Shown here piece by piece: positions 13,176 through 25,683 of a stretch of 64,000 nt of DNA. Source of the DNA: Neocallimastix sp. 'constans' (taxonomy: Eukaryota); assembly GCA_050613775.1 (NCBI GenBank), contig JBODTK010000116.1, positions 248,001 through 312,000 on the forward strand, read 5' to 3'. The position numbers were made by a program, and so were the translations under genes. How positions within the stretch are numbered: position 1 is the first letter of the stretch; each line of letters starts with the position of its first letter. The notes beneath the pieces are model-generated. The model was not told where the DNA came from. It did no database searches and worked only from the letters and a program-made list of their open reading frames with translations.

Positions 13176-14009
13176 TATCAATTTAATTTTTTTTTTTTTT
13201 TTTTTAATTGAAAGAAGTATTTTTCAAAATGTATAATAATTACATAAATATATTATATATAAATTTATATATAAATCAATTCATATTATTTATTTTTATT
13301 TTTTATATTTAAATTATTATTTATATAATATTTTAAAAAGTTTTAAGATATATTATAAAATTATATTAAATTTTATTTAAAATAGCGAAATATCAAGAAT
13401 TTTAATTTTTTTTTTTTTTAAAAAAAATTACTTTTGATATTTTTTTTAATTCTTAATTTTTTTTTAAAAAAAAAAATAGAAATTAATTGAATTAAATTAA
13501 TTGAATTGAAGAATTATATTTATGTTATTTACTAATTATTCAAAACTAAAAAATTTAAATATAAATTTCTAAAAAAAAAAAAATCATCATTTATTCACAC
13601 CAAATATGATTTTTACTATCATTTAAATATAGATATTGTATAATTAATACATAAATTGTACAAGATAAAATAAATTAAAAAATTATTAAATTAAATATTA
13701 AAAATGATTATAAATATTTAAAAAAAAAAAAAAAAAAAAAAACTAATAACAAAATATATCTATATAATTCATATTGAATATTTAATAAAATTTTTATATT
13801 AAAATACTTATATAAATTCTATATCAGATGTTTATAAAAACAATATTAATTTTTTATTTTTAATTAAAATTTTAATTAATTAATAGAAATTAAAAAAAAA
13901 ATGTTATATAAACATAAACAAACATTTTTATTTTATTTTATTTCAGTTTTAATTTATATTTAGTTTTTATTTATTGTTTTTCAACCAACTTTTTGAAAAT
14001 ATTTTTACA

Positions 14010-14185
14010 ATTTTATTTTATACTATGTATTTTTCAACAATATTTTACAAATATAATATTTATTTTATTTTATACTATGTATTTTTCAACAATATTTTAC
14101 AAATATAATATTTATTTTATTTTATACTATGTATTTTTCATCAATATTTTACCAATATAATATTTATTTTATACTATGTATTTTA
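14010..14185. repeat. About 50-bp tandem repeat, about 3 copies
   Basis: TATACTATGTATTTTTCAACAATATTTTACAAATATAATATTTATTTT is repeated. Confidence 0.85.
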
Positions 14186-15014
14186 TTAAGATTTAGGTTA
14201 AAACTTTTTAAAAAAGTTTTATAATTATTTATTCTTTTTTTTTTTTTTTTAAAAAAAAAACTATTTTTGTTATATATTATATAGGTTAACGATAGTTTAA
14301 TTATTTTTTTAATTTTTAAATTTTATTTTTTTAGTATTTTATTTTGATAGATGATTTTATACTATGTATTTTTAATATTTTTATTTTTTTTTATTAAATA
14401 ATACATTATTATAATATTTTTTTTTTTTTCTTGAGTAAATTTAATAAATTTATTCAAGTATTGATATTAATATTTTTATTTAAAATATTATTAAATAAAA
14501 ATATTAATAAAATTAATGAACAATAATTTAGTTTTATATTTTTTAAAAATAAAATAAAAAGTTTAAAAATAAAATATATTAAGAAAAAAATTTATTAAAT
14601 AAAAATATTACATTATATTATAATTCTACTTTTGAATATTTATTAAATCAATAATATCAATAATTAATTAATGTTAACTACGAATATAATTATTATTAAT
14701 ATTTTATAAAAAAAAAAAAAAAAAAATAAAAAATTGTACAAGTAGTTTTACTTTATCAAAAGATTTTTAAGTACTTATATTGTTCTAATAAAAATTTTTC
14801 AAATCATTCATTACTTGAATTTCTCATCCTATATAAAAATGACTTTTGCTACAATTCAATCAATTAATTTTTCTTAAATAAGAAAAAAAAATCAAAAAAA
14901 GAAAAATAAATATGATAATATAAATGTATTATTTAATAATGTATTATTGATACATATATACATATCTTTTTAATCGAAACGATGACAATTATTAATTTAT
15001 GTATCTTAATAAAA

Positions 15015-15620
15015 TTATTTGTAAATGAATAAATAAGTCCCTTCACCCTCAGAAGGTCCTTGCGTTTGAGAATTACATGTTTTATTTATAGAACATTTCC
15101 TTGGAAAAAAAAATATATCATCTGTTTCACATAGTTCAGGGTGTGGTTTACCAGAGTACATATATGAACTTCTTCTAGAAAAAAAAAAGTGTATTAGGAG
15201 TATAAATATTGTCACAATGTACTATTGGGGTTTCTTTATTTAAAAACAAAAAAAAAAAAAGTTATCAATACATTTATTTGATAAACATTGTGAATCAGCG
15301 GAACATTTAGTAGACGTACATGAACCATAAGCACATACTTCACTGAGACATTTACCTGATTTAATATTATCATATGTACAAGTATAAGTAATATATGTTA
15401 TTATATTTCCTTTTTTATCAGGAATCTCCACAAGTAGAATATTATAAAGATTATCAACTAATGCACATGTAACATTTTTACAACAAAAAAAACTGATATA
15501 ATATTCATTAGTAATTTTTAATACATCTTCTTTGTTTAAACCTTTGTTTAATTCGTTAAGTTTTACAAATTTTAATATAAAGAAAAACAAATATATATAT
15601 ACTACTATAATTGTACGCAT
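15015..15620 (-). pseudogene. Secreted cysteine-rich protein, frameshifted (pseudogene or homopolymer assembly error)
   Basis: Hydrophobic N-terminus and CSADSQCLSNKCIDN, then after a T-run frameshift FNKETPIVHCDNIY, and after another SSYMYSGKPHPELCETDD...KCSINKTCNSQTQGPSEGEG. The visible frameshifts lie in homopolymers. Confidence 0.7.
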
Positions 15621-17854
15621 TTTAATTATTACTATATTTTATTATTTATTGTAAAAAAAAAAAAAAAAAAAAAAAAAATATGTTAATTAAATCATTTTAA
15701 TATTTCCAAAGTATCAAATTATTATATATTGTATAAATTAATAATGTCTGGACTGCTTTCAATAAAACATAATTTTTTATTGAAATTTAATTTTTAAATG
15801 ATTATTTATTATTTATAATATTTAATAATGAAAAATCTACAAAGTATTTAATTTTTGGATAAATATGAAGAAGATTTTTATTTATTTATTTATTTATATT
15901 TAAATATCCAATTATCATTTAATATTAATATTTTAATTAATGTATAAACAACGACCAATCATATTCTTAATTAAAATAGAAAAAATAAATAATTATGCTT
16001 AGATGTTTAGATGGTTATAAAAAATATTATAATAGAAAATTAGATAAAATGATATTTTTATAATTTTTATTTTTTTATTTATTTAAATTATTAATGTAGA
16101 TGTTGATAGATATTATTATTTCATTTAAAGTTTAATATCAGAAAAGTCATAAAATTTTGAGGCTCTTTTATCTACAAATTTTTTTTTATCCTTTTTTTTT
16201 TTTTTTTTTTTATTGTAATTTATTTTCTTTTGGAAGTGCTAAAAATTAAAAACAAGTATTATCTAAGTTTTTATTATAAAAATAATTATTGTGTGGCAAA
16301 TTAATTATTAAATGGAATTAAGTATCTTGATATAAGATTTGGAATAGACCTAAATAATACAATATACAAGGGCTTATATATCACTCATGATATAATTTCT
16401 TGTACAAATAAAAAAGAAAATAGAATGCTTTTCGTTGATTTTTTAAATACACATATTCAATGGAAACAATCATTATGCATTTAAACGAAGACAATATTCC
16501 AAAGGGCACGAATATTACTAAAAAGTTTTTAGATCTTACATTTTGGAATACAAATTCAGTCACTCCCAAAATAAAATTAATTCATTTAATATATAATATA
16601 TAAATTTTGTTCTAAATTTGTAAAATTCAACCATGGAAGATTACAATTCTTAAATAAAGAAAACAAAAACTATTTATTTAGAGAATTCTTTTTTTTTTTT
16701 TTTTTTTTTTTTATTGATTTTATGTTTGTTTGTTTGTTTTAAAATAATAATAATAATTATAATAATAATTTATTCTATTGTAGAATTGAAATACTTTAAT
16801 TAATGAAATATTACCTTTTAACTAAATTATAACTTTATTTAACTAATTTTCTAAGAAATACTAAATGATATTTCTATTATTGTTTATATAATTAAAATAA
16901 AAAAAAAAATTAAATTATAAATAGTTTATAAAAATATAATTTTAATATCTAATTTTATTTAGTAAAAATTATTATAATCTCTTTTTGCTTTTTTTTTTTT
17001 ATATTTTTTTATTTTTTTTTTTTTTTTTCTGTTATTTTATTGTAAAAAAAAAAAAATACATGATATTATTACTTTAATAATAATTAAACTTTTTTAATTA
17101 TTACTTTAAATAGTAAATAAAAAAAATTACAATAAAATAAAAAATAAAAAAATAAAATAATAAAAAAAAAAAAAAAACACAAGATTATATATAAATTTTA
17201 TTTAATAATAATTATATAATTGTTGGAAAAATTTTTAAACAATGTATAAAAAAAAAAAATTTATAATAAATTAAATTCATTAAATTGAAGGTAAATCAAA
17301 TTCCATTAATAGAGTTATTAAATTAATTTCAATATATATAAACAAAAACAAAAAAACAAAGCAAAACAAATAAAAAAAAAAAAAAAAGCAAAGTAAAACA
17401 AAACAAAACAAAACATAACATAACAAAACAAAATAATAAAAAGTAAAAAAAAAAATATAATTCATATTAAAGTAAGAATAATAATGAATATACAAATAAA
17501 AAAAAAAACTTTATAAAATTCATTAAAAAATATTATAAAAAAATTTTTCCAAAAAAATAAAAAAAATTAATAATATTTTATTTATATATTAAAAATTTAT
17601 TTAAGCCGTAATTGTGTAACTATAAATTTATTTGTCATAATATAATAAAATAAAAAAAAATTTTTTTTTTTAAAAATTTCTATTAATATATATAATATAT
17701 TATTAATTTTTTATTGAATTAAGGATTCACTTTATATAAATATGTATAAAAATCTTTCAAATTTTATAAATCTTTTCAATCATATTATTTATAAAATTAT
17801 CATATATTTTTTGTAAATAGAATTATTATTTTTTTTATTATTAAGTAAATCTGA

Positions 17855-17893
<39 letters not shown>

Positions 17894-17933
17894 AGTTATT
17901 AAGTAACTTTAAAAAAAAAAAAAGAAAAAAAAA

Positions 17934-19418
17934 ATGAGAAATAATATAGCTATTTTAGCCTTTTTAGCTACAGCTTTATCTGTAGTATCACAAACCTATG
18001 CTGCACCTGATCCAAATTTCCATATTTATTTAGCATTTGGTCAATCTAATATGGAAGGTCAAGGCCCAATTGAAGGACAAGACCGTAATGTAGATAAACG
18101 TTTCCAAATGCTTTCTACTGTTAGTGGTTGTAACGGTAGACAAACTGGTAATTGGTATGATGCTACTCCACCACTTGCTAACTGTAATGGTAAATTAGGT
18201 CCAGTGGATTATTTTGGTCGTACTATGGTGAAGAATTTACCAGAGCAAATTAAAGTTGGTGTTGTTGTTGTTGCTATTGCTGGTTGTGATATTCAACTTT
18301 TTGAAAAAGATAATTATAAAAATTACAGATTAGAATCTTACATGCAAAATACTGTTAATGCCTATGGTGGAAATCCTTATGGTCGTTTAGTTGAGATGGG
18401 TAAGAAAGCTCAACAGGCTGGTGTTATAAAAGGTATTCTTCTTCATCAAGGTGAAACTAATACAGGTCAACAAAACTGGCCAAGCCGTGTTAAAGGTATC
18501 TATCAAAATCTTCTTACCGATTTAGGTTTAAACGCTCAAGATGTTCCACTTCTTGCTGGTGAAGTAGTTCAAAGTAGTCAGGGAGGTTCCTGTGGTAGTA
18601 TGAACTCTATTATTCAATCTCTTCCACAAACTATTCCAACAGCTCATGTTATTTCCTCACAAGGTTTAGGTCAACAAGGAGACGGTCTTCATTTTACTTC
18701 TGCTGCCTACCGTACCTTTGGTGAACGTTATGCTCAAGAAATGTTAAAATATGTTAAAACTGATGTAAGCAGCACTCCAAATACTAATACTAATACTAAT
18801 ACTAATAATACTCCAGCTGGTAACACTAATAATACTCCAGCTGGTAATACTAATACTAATACCAACACTCCTCCAACAACTGATAATACTCCTGATAATT
18901 CAAATAACAACATTAATAATAATAATAATAATAATAGTAATGGAGGTTTTGGTTGGAATCAATGGGGTAACAACAACAACAATAACAATAATAATAACAA
19001 CAACAATAGTAATAATGGAGGTTTTGGTTGGAATCAATGGGGTAACAACAATAATAACAACAATAATAATAATAACAATGGTGGTTGGAATTGGAATCCA
19101 TGGGGAAATAACAACAACAACAACAATAATAACAATAATAATGGTGGTTGGAATTGGAATCCATGGGGAAATAACAACAACAACAACAACAACAACGGTG
19201 GTGGTTGGAATTGGAATCCATGGGGAAATAACAATAACAATAATGGAGGAGGTTGGAATATGGGTTTTTTCAAAAGAAGTACTTTCGAAAGTGATAATAC
19301 CTCATGTGCTTCTCTTTGGGCACAATGTGGTGGAAAAGGCTTCAAAGGTTCAACCTGTTGTAGTGAAGGTAAATGTGTCGAAGTTAATGATTTCTTTTCT
19401 CAATGTCAAGTAAATTAA
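17934..19418 (+). CDS. Secreted acetylxylan esterase, family CE6 (SGNH/SASA fold), with Asn/Trp-rich linker and C-terminal CBM1
   Basis: Signal peptide; GQSNMEG, HQGE and DGLH catalytic motifs; C-terminal CASLWAQCGGKGFKGSTCCSEGKCVEVNDFFSQC is a CBM1. Intronless, 494 aa. Confidence 0.95.
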   Translation: MRNNIAILAFLATALSVVSQTYAAPDPNFHIYLAFGQSNMEGQGPIEGQDRNVDKRFQMLSTVSGCNGRQTGNWYDATPPLANCNGKLGPVDYFGRTMVKNLPEQIKVGVVVVAIAGCDIQLFEKDNYKNYRLESYMQNTVNAYGGNPYGRLVEMGKKAQQAGVIKGILLHQGETNTGQQNWPSRVKGIYQNLLTDLGLNAQDVPLLAGEVVQSSQGGSCGSMNSIIQSLPQTIPTAHVISSQGLGQQGDGLHFTSAAYRTFGERYAQEMLKYVKTDVSSTPNTNTNTNTNNTPAGNTNNTPAGNTNTNTNTPPTTDNTPDNSNNNINNNNNNNSNGGFGWNQWGNNNNNNNNNNNNNSNNGGFGWNQWGNNNNNNNNNNNNGGWNWNPWGNNNNNNNNNNNNGGWNWNPWGNNNNNNNNNGGGWNWNPWGNNNNNNGGGWNMGFFKRSTFESDNTSCASLWAQCGGKGFKGSTCCSEGKCVEVNDFFSQCQVN

Positions 19419-19978
19419 TTAATTTTTTTTTTTCTTTTCCAAATTAAATGTGATTGATTGATCAATTTAAATGATTTTAATAAAATAATATTCTTTTTTT
19501 TTTTTTTTTTTTAAGTAATAAAATAAGTGAAATATGTGTTATTTATTTAGTTATTTAATTGTATTTTAATTAATTTGATATTCTATATATAAAACAAAAT
19601 TTTTTTTTTATATTTTATTTTATTTTAATAAACAATAAGTTATTATCTATAGAAAGAGAAAATTTATTAATAAAATAAAATTATAAAAAATTCTATTTTA
19701 TAGAATAATATTATATAAAATATTAAATGAATATATGATTTATTTATTATATATATATATATATTTAAAATAAAATATAATAGATATGTCATATATTTAT
19801 TATAATTTTTATCTTTAATATAATATTATATAAAAAAAAAAATAAAAAATAAAAAAGAATTTTCATTATAAACTATAAACTATATAATTCAAGCCATAAA
19901 TAACAAATATTATTATAAATATCGTTTAAAATAGTAAAAAAAAATTATGAAATAGTTTTATTTGTTTTTCGTTTTTTG

Positions 19979-20027
<49 letters not shown>

Positions 20028-20359
20028 TTTCATGATAAATTATGTTAAGAAATATGTGAAAATTATTGGTAAACTTTGTTAAGTAATTTACTTTTTACGT
20101 TTTTAATTAAATTATTATTATCAACTTTTATTTTTACTATTTAATCTATATATATATATATATATATTTTTTTTTTAATTAAAAATATTTATATATATAT
20201 ATATTGTTTAAAAAAGTATATAGTTTTTCATTGTTTTATACATTACCTAATAACCTTGAAAAAAAAAAAAAAAAATTATTAATATAATTATGCTATTAAA
20301 ATTTTTTTAATAATTCTTTTCATATGAAGATAATTTCTAAATTATATATTTTAATAAAA

Positions 20360-21003
20360 TGTACAGGTAGTAATGCAATAGGAATAATATTGTTAATAAT
20401 TAATAGTAGTATTAGTGATAGTGAAAATTCATAGTATTGTTACTACCAATGTAGTAAATAGTTCAATTAATGAAAATCGTGTTAATTAAAGTAATTTTTT
20501 TTTTGAAACATGAGGGTGTAAATATTTATGTGATGTGGTACCGATTATAATACTTTCCTTCTTGGTGGAAGAGATGCAAGCCTTATTGATTTAAGTTATT
20601 AAAAAGGAAAAGGATGTTTTGTTTAAGAAACTAAATCATTTCTGGCGATTATTTCAAAAAACGCCATTCTTGGTGCAATCTGCTGGCTCTCTTTACAGAA
20701 ATTATGTCTCGGGCTAGTACTATCCAGGAGCGTCAATGTTGGAAATGCAGCAAAGACAGGCTAGTAGGATCAATGCCTCTGAAGGAAAAAGATCATAATA
20801 TCTTTCAGATGGTCAATTCAAACCCTAATCCATATGGATATGAGGTTCGTTAAGTATTAACCTTTTTCTAAATTTATTCATAGACTTTATTTCTGAATAT
20901 TACTTTTTTATTTCACGTTAATATTTTAAATATGATTGTAGATTGTATTCAAATTGGACAAATAATATTTATTTATTTATTTATTTATTTTATTAATTCT
21001 GTG

Positions 21004-21035
<32 letters not shown>

Positions 21036-21120
21036 TTTTTATTAATATTAAAAATATTCATGTAATTAATAAGTAAATAAAGATTAAAATTCACAATAAT
21101 TACCACTATATAAAAAAAAG
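20360..21120 (+). mobile_element. LINE 3' end, copy 2 (5'-truncated, degenerate)
   Basis: Colinear with 57.9-58.8 kb: TGGTACCGATTAT, CTTCTTGGTGGAAGAGATGCA (FLLGGRDA), CAATGCCTCTGAAGG and a similar AT-rich 3' tail. Confidence 0.8.
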
Positions 21121-21570
21121 AATATTACTTTTCAATTAATGACACTATTTCTTTCTTTTTTCTTTTTTTTTTCTTTTTTTTTTTTTTTTTTTTGTTCATC
21201 CGTTTGTTTGTTTATTACTTTTACTGATTTATACTCGCAATACTTTTAGATCCAAACTTTACCTTTAATTTAATTTAAAAACATGTATAATAAAACAACA
21301 TTTAAAATAGATGCCTAACATGAAAGTACTTATGGGCATCAATAACAAAATTAAGTGCAAATGCAAAAAATAGTATAAAAGACAAGAGTGATTTTGAAAA
21401 TTAAAATATGTTCAATTAATATTTTTTGGGTAATTTCTAAAGCTTTTTTTTTTTTAATACACAAAAACTAATAAAGAATCATGAATTTAAGAGTACATAA
21501 TATATGATAATTAACAACTAAAACACCTGAACTAATACCATCATTAAGTCATATTACCTCCTTGTTTCTG

Positions 21571-21604
<34 letters not shown>

Positions 21605-22622
21605 CTATATTTAAATCAAATTATTATACGGATTAATATTGTACATTAATAATAGATATTTTATTATTAATATTGAAAAAGATTTTTATTTATTATAAAA
21701 TCTTTTTTTATAATAAATTACCTTTTTTTTTTTTTTTTGTTAAATTCAAAAAAAGTTATTATTTATATGTAATACAAGCATTACCATTTCGATTTAGTAA
21801 ATAAAGAACTCTATGATAATAACTATAATCTGTCTCCTTTGGGTACTGCATTGACGATGATATATATGGACGACTATAAGGATGTAAGCATAGATGATAG
21901 AAAGATATTTAATAAAAATTCTTAATATATCATTATTAATCCTATATTATCTACCTAACAAACTTATTCTCTCATGGATAATAATATAAAGATCTTAACT
22001 CCCATAATATTATTCATGGAATAAGAAAAATTAGAAAGAAGTAAAAATAATGAAAACGATATATCTAGTACTGATGTAACTGCTAAAAACATGAATTATA
22101 CAACTAACACAGATATTACAAAGAATAATATAGATAATACAATGTATGGCCCGAATGACACATTAAATCAAAAGCAAAGCACCTTTAAATTACACCAATG
22201 ACTTTAAAATTATAATTAAAATATTACACATTAAAGCAAAAGCAAAGCATCATTAAATTACACCAATGACTTTAAAATTATAATTAAAATATTAAGTATT
22301 GATTTTTAACTAATATTAAATCAATACTTATATTTTAATTACAATTTTAAATATTAAATAGTACATTATACATAAATAGGATATATAATAATAATATATA
22401 TAATCTATATAGTTTATGATATAAATAATATAATTTTTGTAAGCCTCTTTTATATAATTTATTATTAAAACATGTATTTAATATTATAAAATATATATGT
22501 TTCATTGAATGAAATTTTATAAATCAAAAAATTTTAAATCATTCAATATTAAAAAATAAATCATTTTAAATAAATTAAAAAAAAAGAAAAAAAAAATTCT
22601 TATTAAATAATAACTTTTTTTT

Positions 22623-23008
22623 GGGTGTGGGGCATTTCGCCAGATTGCATTTCGCCAATTTTTTTGAAAGCATGTGGCGTATTAAAAAAATGTGGCATTT
22701 CGCCAAATTGCATTTCGCCAAATTGCATTTCGCCAGATTGTATTTCGCCAAATTGAAAATTATTAAATAAATAAATAAATCAATAAATAAAATTAAATAT
22801 TATTAATATCGCATAAAAACAATTTTAAAAAAAAATATATTTTGAATTAATATTTATTTATTTTATTCATTTATTTATATCAATAATACTCTACTTGTCG
22901 AAATGCAACCTGGCGAAAAGCAACTTGGGGAAATGCAACTTGGGGAAATGCAACATTTTAATACTACGCCACTTGGCGAAATGCAATTTGGGGAAATGCA
23001 ACTCTCCC
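22623..23008. mobile_element. MITE-like non-autonomous Mutator/foldback element, 386 bp, with TIRs built from 15-bp repeats
   Basis: The left arm GGGTGTGGGGCATTTCGCCAGATTGCATTTCGCCAA... is the inverse of the right arm ...TTGGCGAAATGCAATTTGGGGAAATGCAACTCTCCC. The repeat unit is TTGCATTTCGCCAAA. T8 and T9 runs flank the element (possible TSD). Confidence 0.88.
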
Positions 23009-23069
23009 TTTTTTTTTGTCAAATTTATAGAAATATTAAATTAAGGTTAGGTTAAATGTACATTAATCC

Positions 23070-24507
23070 GGGGATAGTACATTTCACAATGTGGCGTATT
23101 ATCATGTGGCTTGTTTTTAATAATTAAATAAATAATAATTAAATAAATCATAAATATTCTTTTTTATATATAATTTATTCAATTGTAAAAACAATTTTTT
23201 ATAAAAAAGAAAAATTAATTTTTTATAATTCATTTTTAATAGAATATATTATTATTTCTTTTGAAATAATTATTTGATAATGTTTAATTGAAAAAACATA
23301 TTATTATTCCTTTTAAAATAATAATGTCGATTTAAACTCTTATTTATAAAAAAATATAAAAATTTTTAAACAATTATTTTAGTGAATTAGAAAATCCAAT
23401 TCACTGATTTTTTTTTTTTTTTTTTTTTTTATTAAGAATTATTTTAATTATTAATTATTTGTAATTCAACAAATTTTATTGATCATTATCATGGCCATTT
23501 TTTTATTAAATATTAATTATTTATTTTTTAATTAATAATTTTAATATTTAAATTTCTTAAACGCTTCAACCATAATTCAACGATTTCATTTCTTTTACCT
23601 TTTTTCTTTCTTTTTTTTTTTTTTTAATGGAATTTCCATATTTTTGTAATATTTAATTAAGGCACTTATTTCATCAGTTCATCTTAATTTTTTTAAGCCA
23701 CATTTTTTTTTATTTTATAATCATCATAGAATAATGAATCTACTTTTTGTAAAGTTAATAAAAATTCATTAAAATGAAGCTTTTTTGAAAATAAATTGTT
23801 TAAATAATTATTGAATGATTCTGAGGCATTGTTTGTTATATGTTCTATATTATCATAATAATTTCAATGTTTAATTTCATAATATTTTTAAATAAGTTAT
23901 TTCAAAGATACGTTATTTTAAAGTATTCTAAAAATTCCAAAAAATTGTATTATTTATATTCAAGACACTCACTTTTAATTTTATTATAAATATCATTTAT
24001 ATATTCAGGATTTATAAAAGGAAAGTTTGAAATTAACTTATAATGAATATATAAACCATTATTATTTTCTACTTCTTTACAACATAATTTATTTTTTTTA
24101 TTTTTTAATTTTTAATGCTATTTTATAATACCAAGTACAGTATTTGGTATTTATATCAGGAAACACTTTTTTTTTTTTTTTAGCAGCATTAGAAATACCT
24201 TTTTCAAAATCATAATGAAAATTTTTTGGTGTCTAACTATAATATTATTATTTTTTTTCGGCATTTTTCTTTATTCTTTCAAATAACACTTCATAAGTTC
24301 TTTGTTCTTTATTTTTTAATATTGAAAAGGAAGAAGTGTAAAAACTATTTAATTCTTTAAACATAAGTTCTAGTAATGAACATTTGATAACCACATTTTG
24401 GTGCAATTTTTAATGGACCATCTGTAAAAATATCTATATTATATTGCATAAATATTTTTGCTTGAAATGGTAATTGAAAAATAATAATATTATTATATAT
24501 TTAAATA

Positions 24508-24538
<31 letters not shown>

Positions 24539-24740
24539 TAATTATATATTAAATATATTTAACGCAATTTTTCTTTATTATTCAATTATATATTTAAATA
24601 TGTTTATTACATTTTTTTTTTATTTATTTATATATTTATTTCTGATTGTATAGAATATCTTAAAAATTTATGGCTTTATTTTAAAATTTTTATAAACTAC
24701 AATGCGAAAATGCACGATTTCAAAATGCATCACATTCACA
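23070..24740 (-). mobile_element. Mutator-like (MULE) DNA transposon remnant with decayed transposase (about 24480-23560)
   Basis: Minus strand: FQLPFQAKIF..DIFTDGP..IAPKCGYQMFITRTY...FHYDFEKGISNAAKK.VFPDINTKYCTWYY...HITNNASESFNNYLN, matching the MULE DDE motifs. A TIR-like GGGATAGTACATTTCACAATGTGGCGTATT is at 23071, and a degenerate inverse is at about 24700-24738. Confidence 0.88.
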
Positions 24741-24767
24741 TTAACAATAATTTTAGAATTTTTTTAT

Positions 24768-24926
24768 GGGAGAGTTGCATTTTGCCAAGTGGCGTATTGG
24801 AATGTGAGGCATTTCGAAAAACTTCATTTCGGAAAAAAGTTTCATTTCGCAAATTTTAATAAATAGATAAATAAATAATAAAAAAAAATAAATAATAAAT
24901 TTATAATAATATATTAATAAATAATA

Positions 24927-24971
<45 letters not shown>

Positions 24972-25683
24972 TTATATTTTTATTTATTGGATAAAAAAAA
25001 AAAAAAAAAATAGTTATAACTTTAGAATTATTTTTCTTTTCATAGATTATTGAATCAATAAATAAAAATAATAATAATTATAATTAAACCTATATCTTTA
25101 ATTGTTAATTTTAGTTATTTTTTGATGCATTAAATAAAACATATTCTCAATTTTTTTAGTTAAATATTAATATCAATATTTTATATTTTATTATTATAAT
25201 ACTATTATTAATATCAATATCAATATTTTATATTTTATTTTTATAATAATATTATTAATATTAATATTGATATTGATATCAATTTATTTTATTAATATTA
25301 TTAAAAATATAAAAATTTATTTTTTATTTTATTAAAATACTATTATTTAACATTAAATATACAATAAAATAAAATATTTTTATATTTTTAAATTATATCA
25401 ATTTTTAATTGAAAATTAAAACTTTTAAAATAATAATCAATATAATAAAGTTTTATCAAAAACCATTTAATTTTTCTTTTTATTATTAATTATTTAATAA
25501 TTTTATTTATACACCATGTTTTTCAAATAAATAAATAACTTTTTTTTTTTTTTTTAACTGGATTATTTATAAATATTTCATAAATATTTCTTTTATTAAA
25601 AAAAATTATTAGTAAATTAAGATCTTTTAAAATACTGCGTAAGGACTTTTCCGAAATGAAATTTTTAGAAATGCATTTCCCCC
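24768..25683. mobile_element. Second non-autonomous element of the same TIR family
   Basis: Starts GGGAGAGTTGCATTTTGCCAAGTGGCGTATT...CATTTCG repeats and ends ...CCGAAATGAAATTTTTAGAAATGCATTTCCCCC (inverse). No clear TSD. Confidence 0.6.

Noticed and set aside
16300..16660. 62-aa ORF and surrounding complex sequence
   Set aside because: No recognisable motif, ATG or splice structure.
18913..19413. Overlapping alternative-frame and antisense ORFs in the CE6 linker
   Set aside because: Shadows of the repetitive coding sequence.
21240..22200. Higher-complexity stretch, possibly a decayed retroelement or gene
   Set aside because: No frame gave a motif I could identify with confidence.
22623..23008. 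CRISPR-like or iteron array
   Set aside because: The 15-bp units have no unique spacers and form two inverted arms; better explained as transposon TIRs in a eukaryote.
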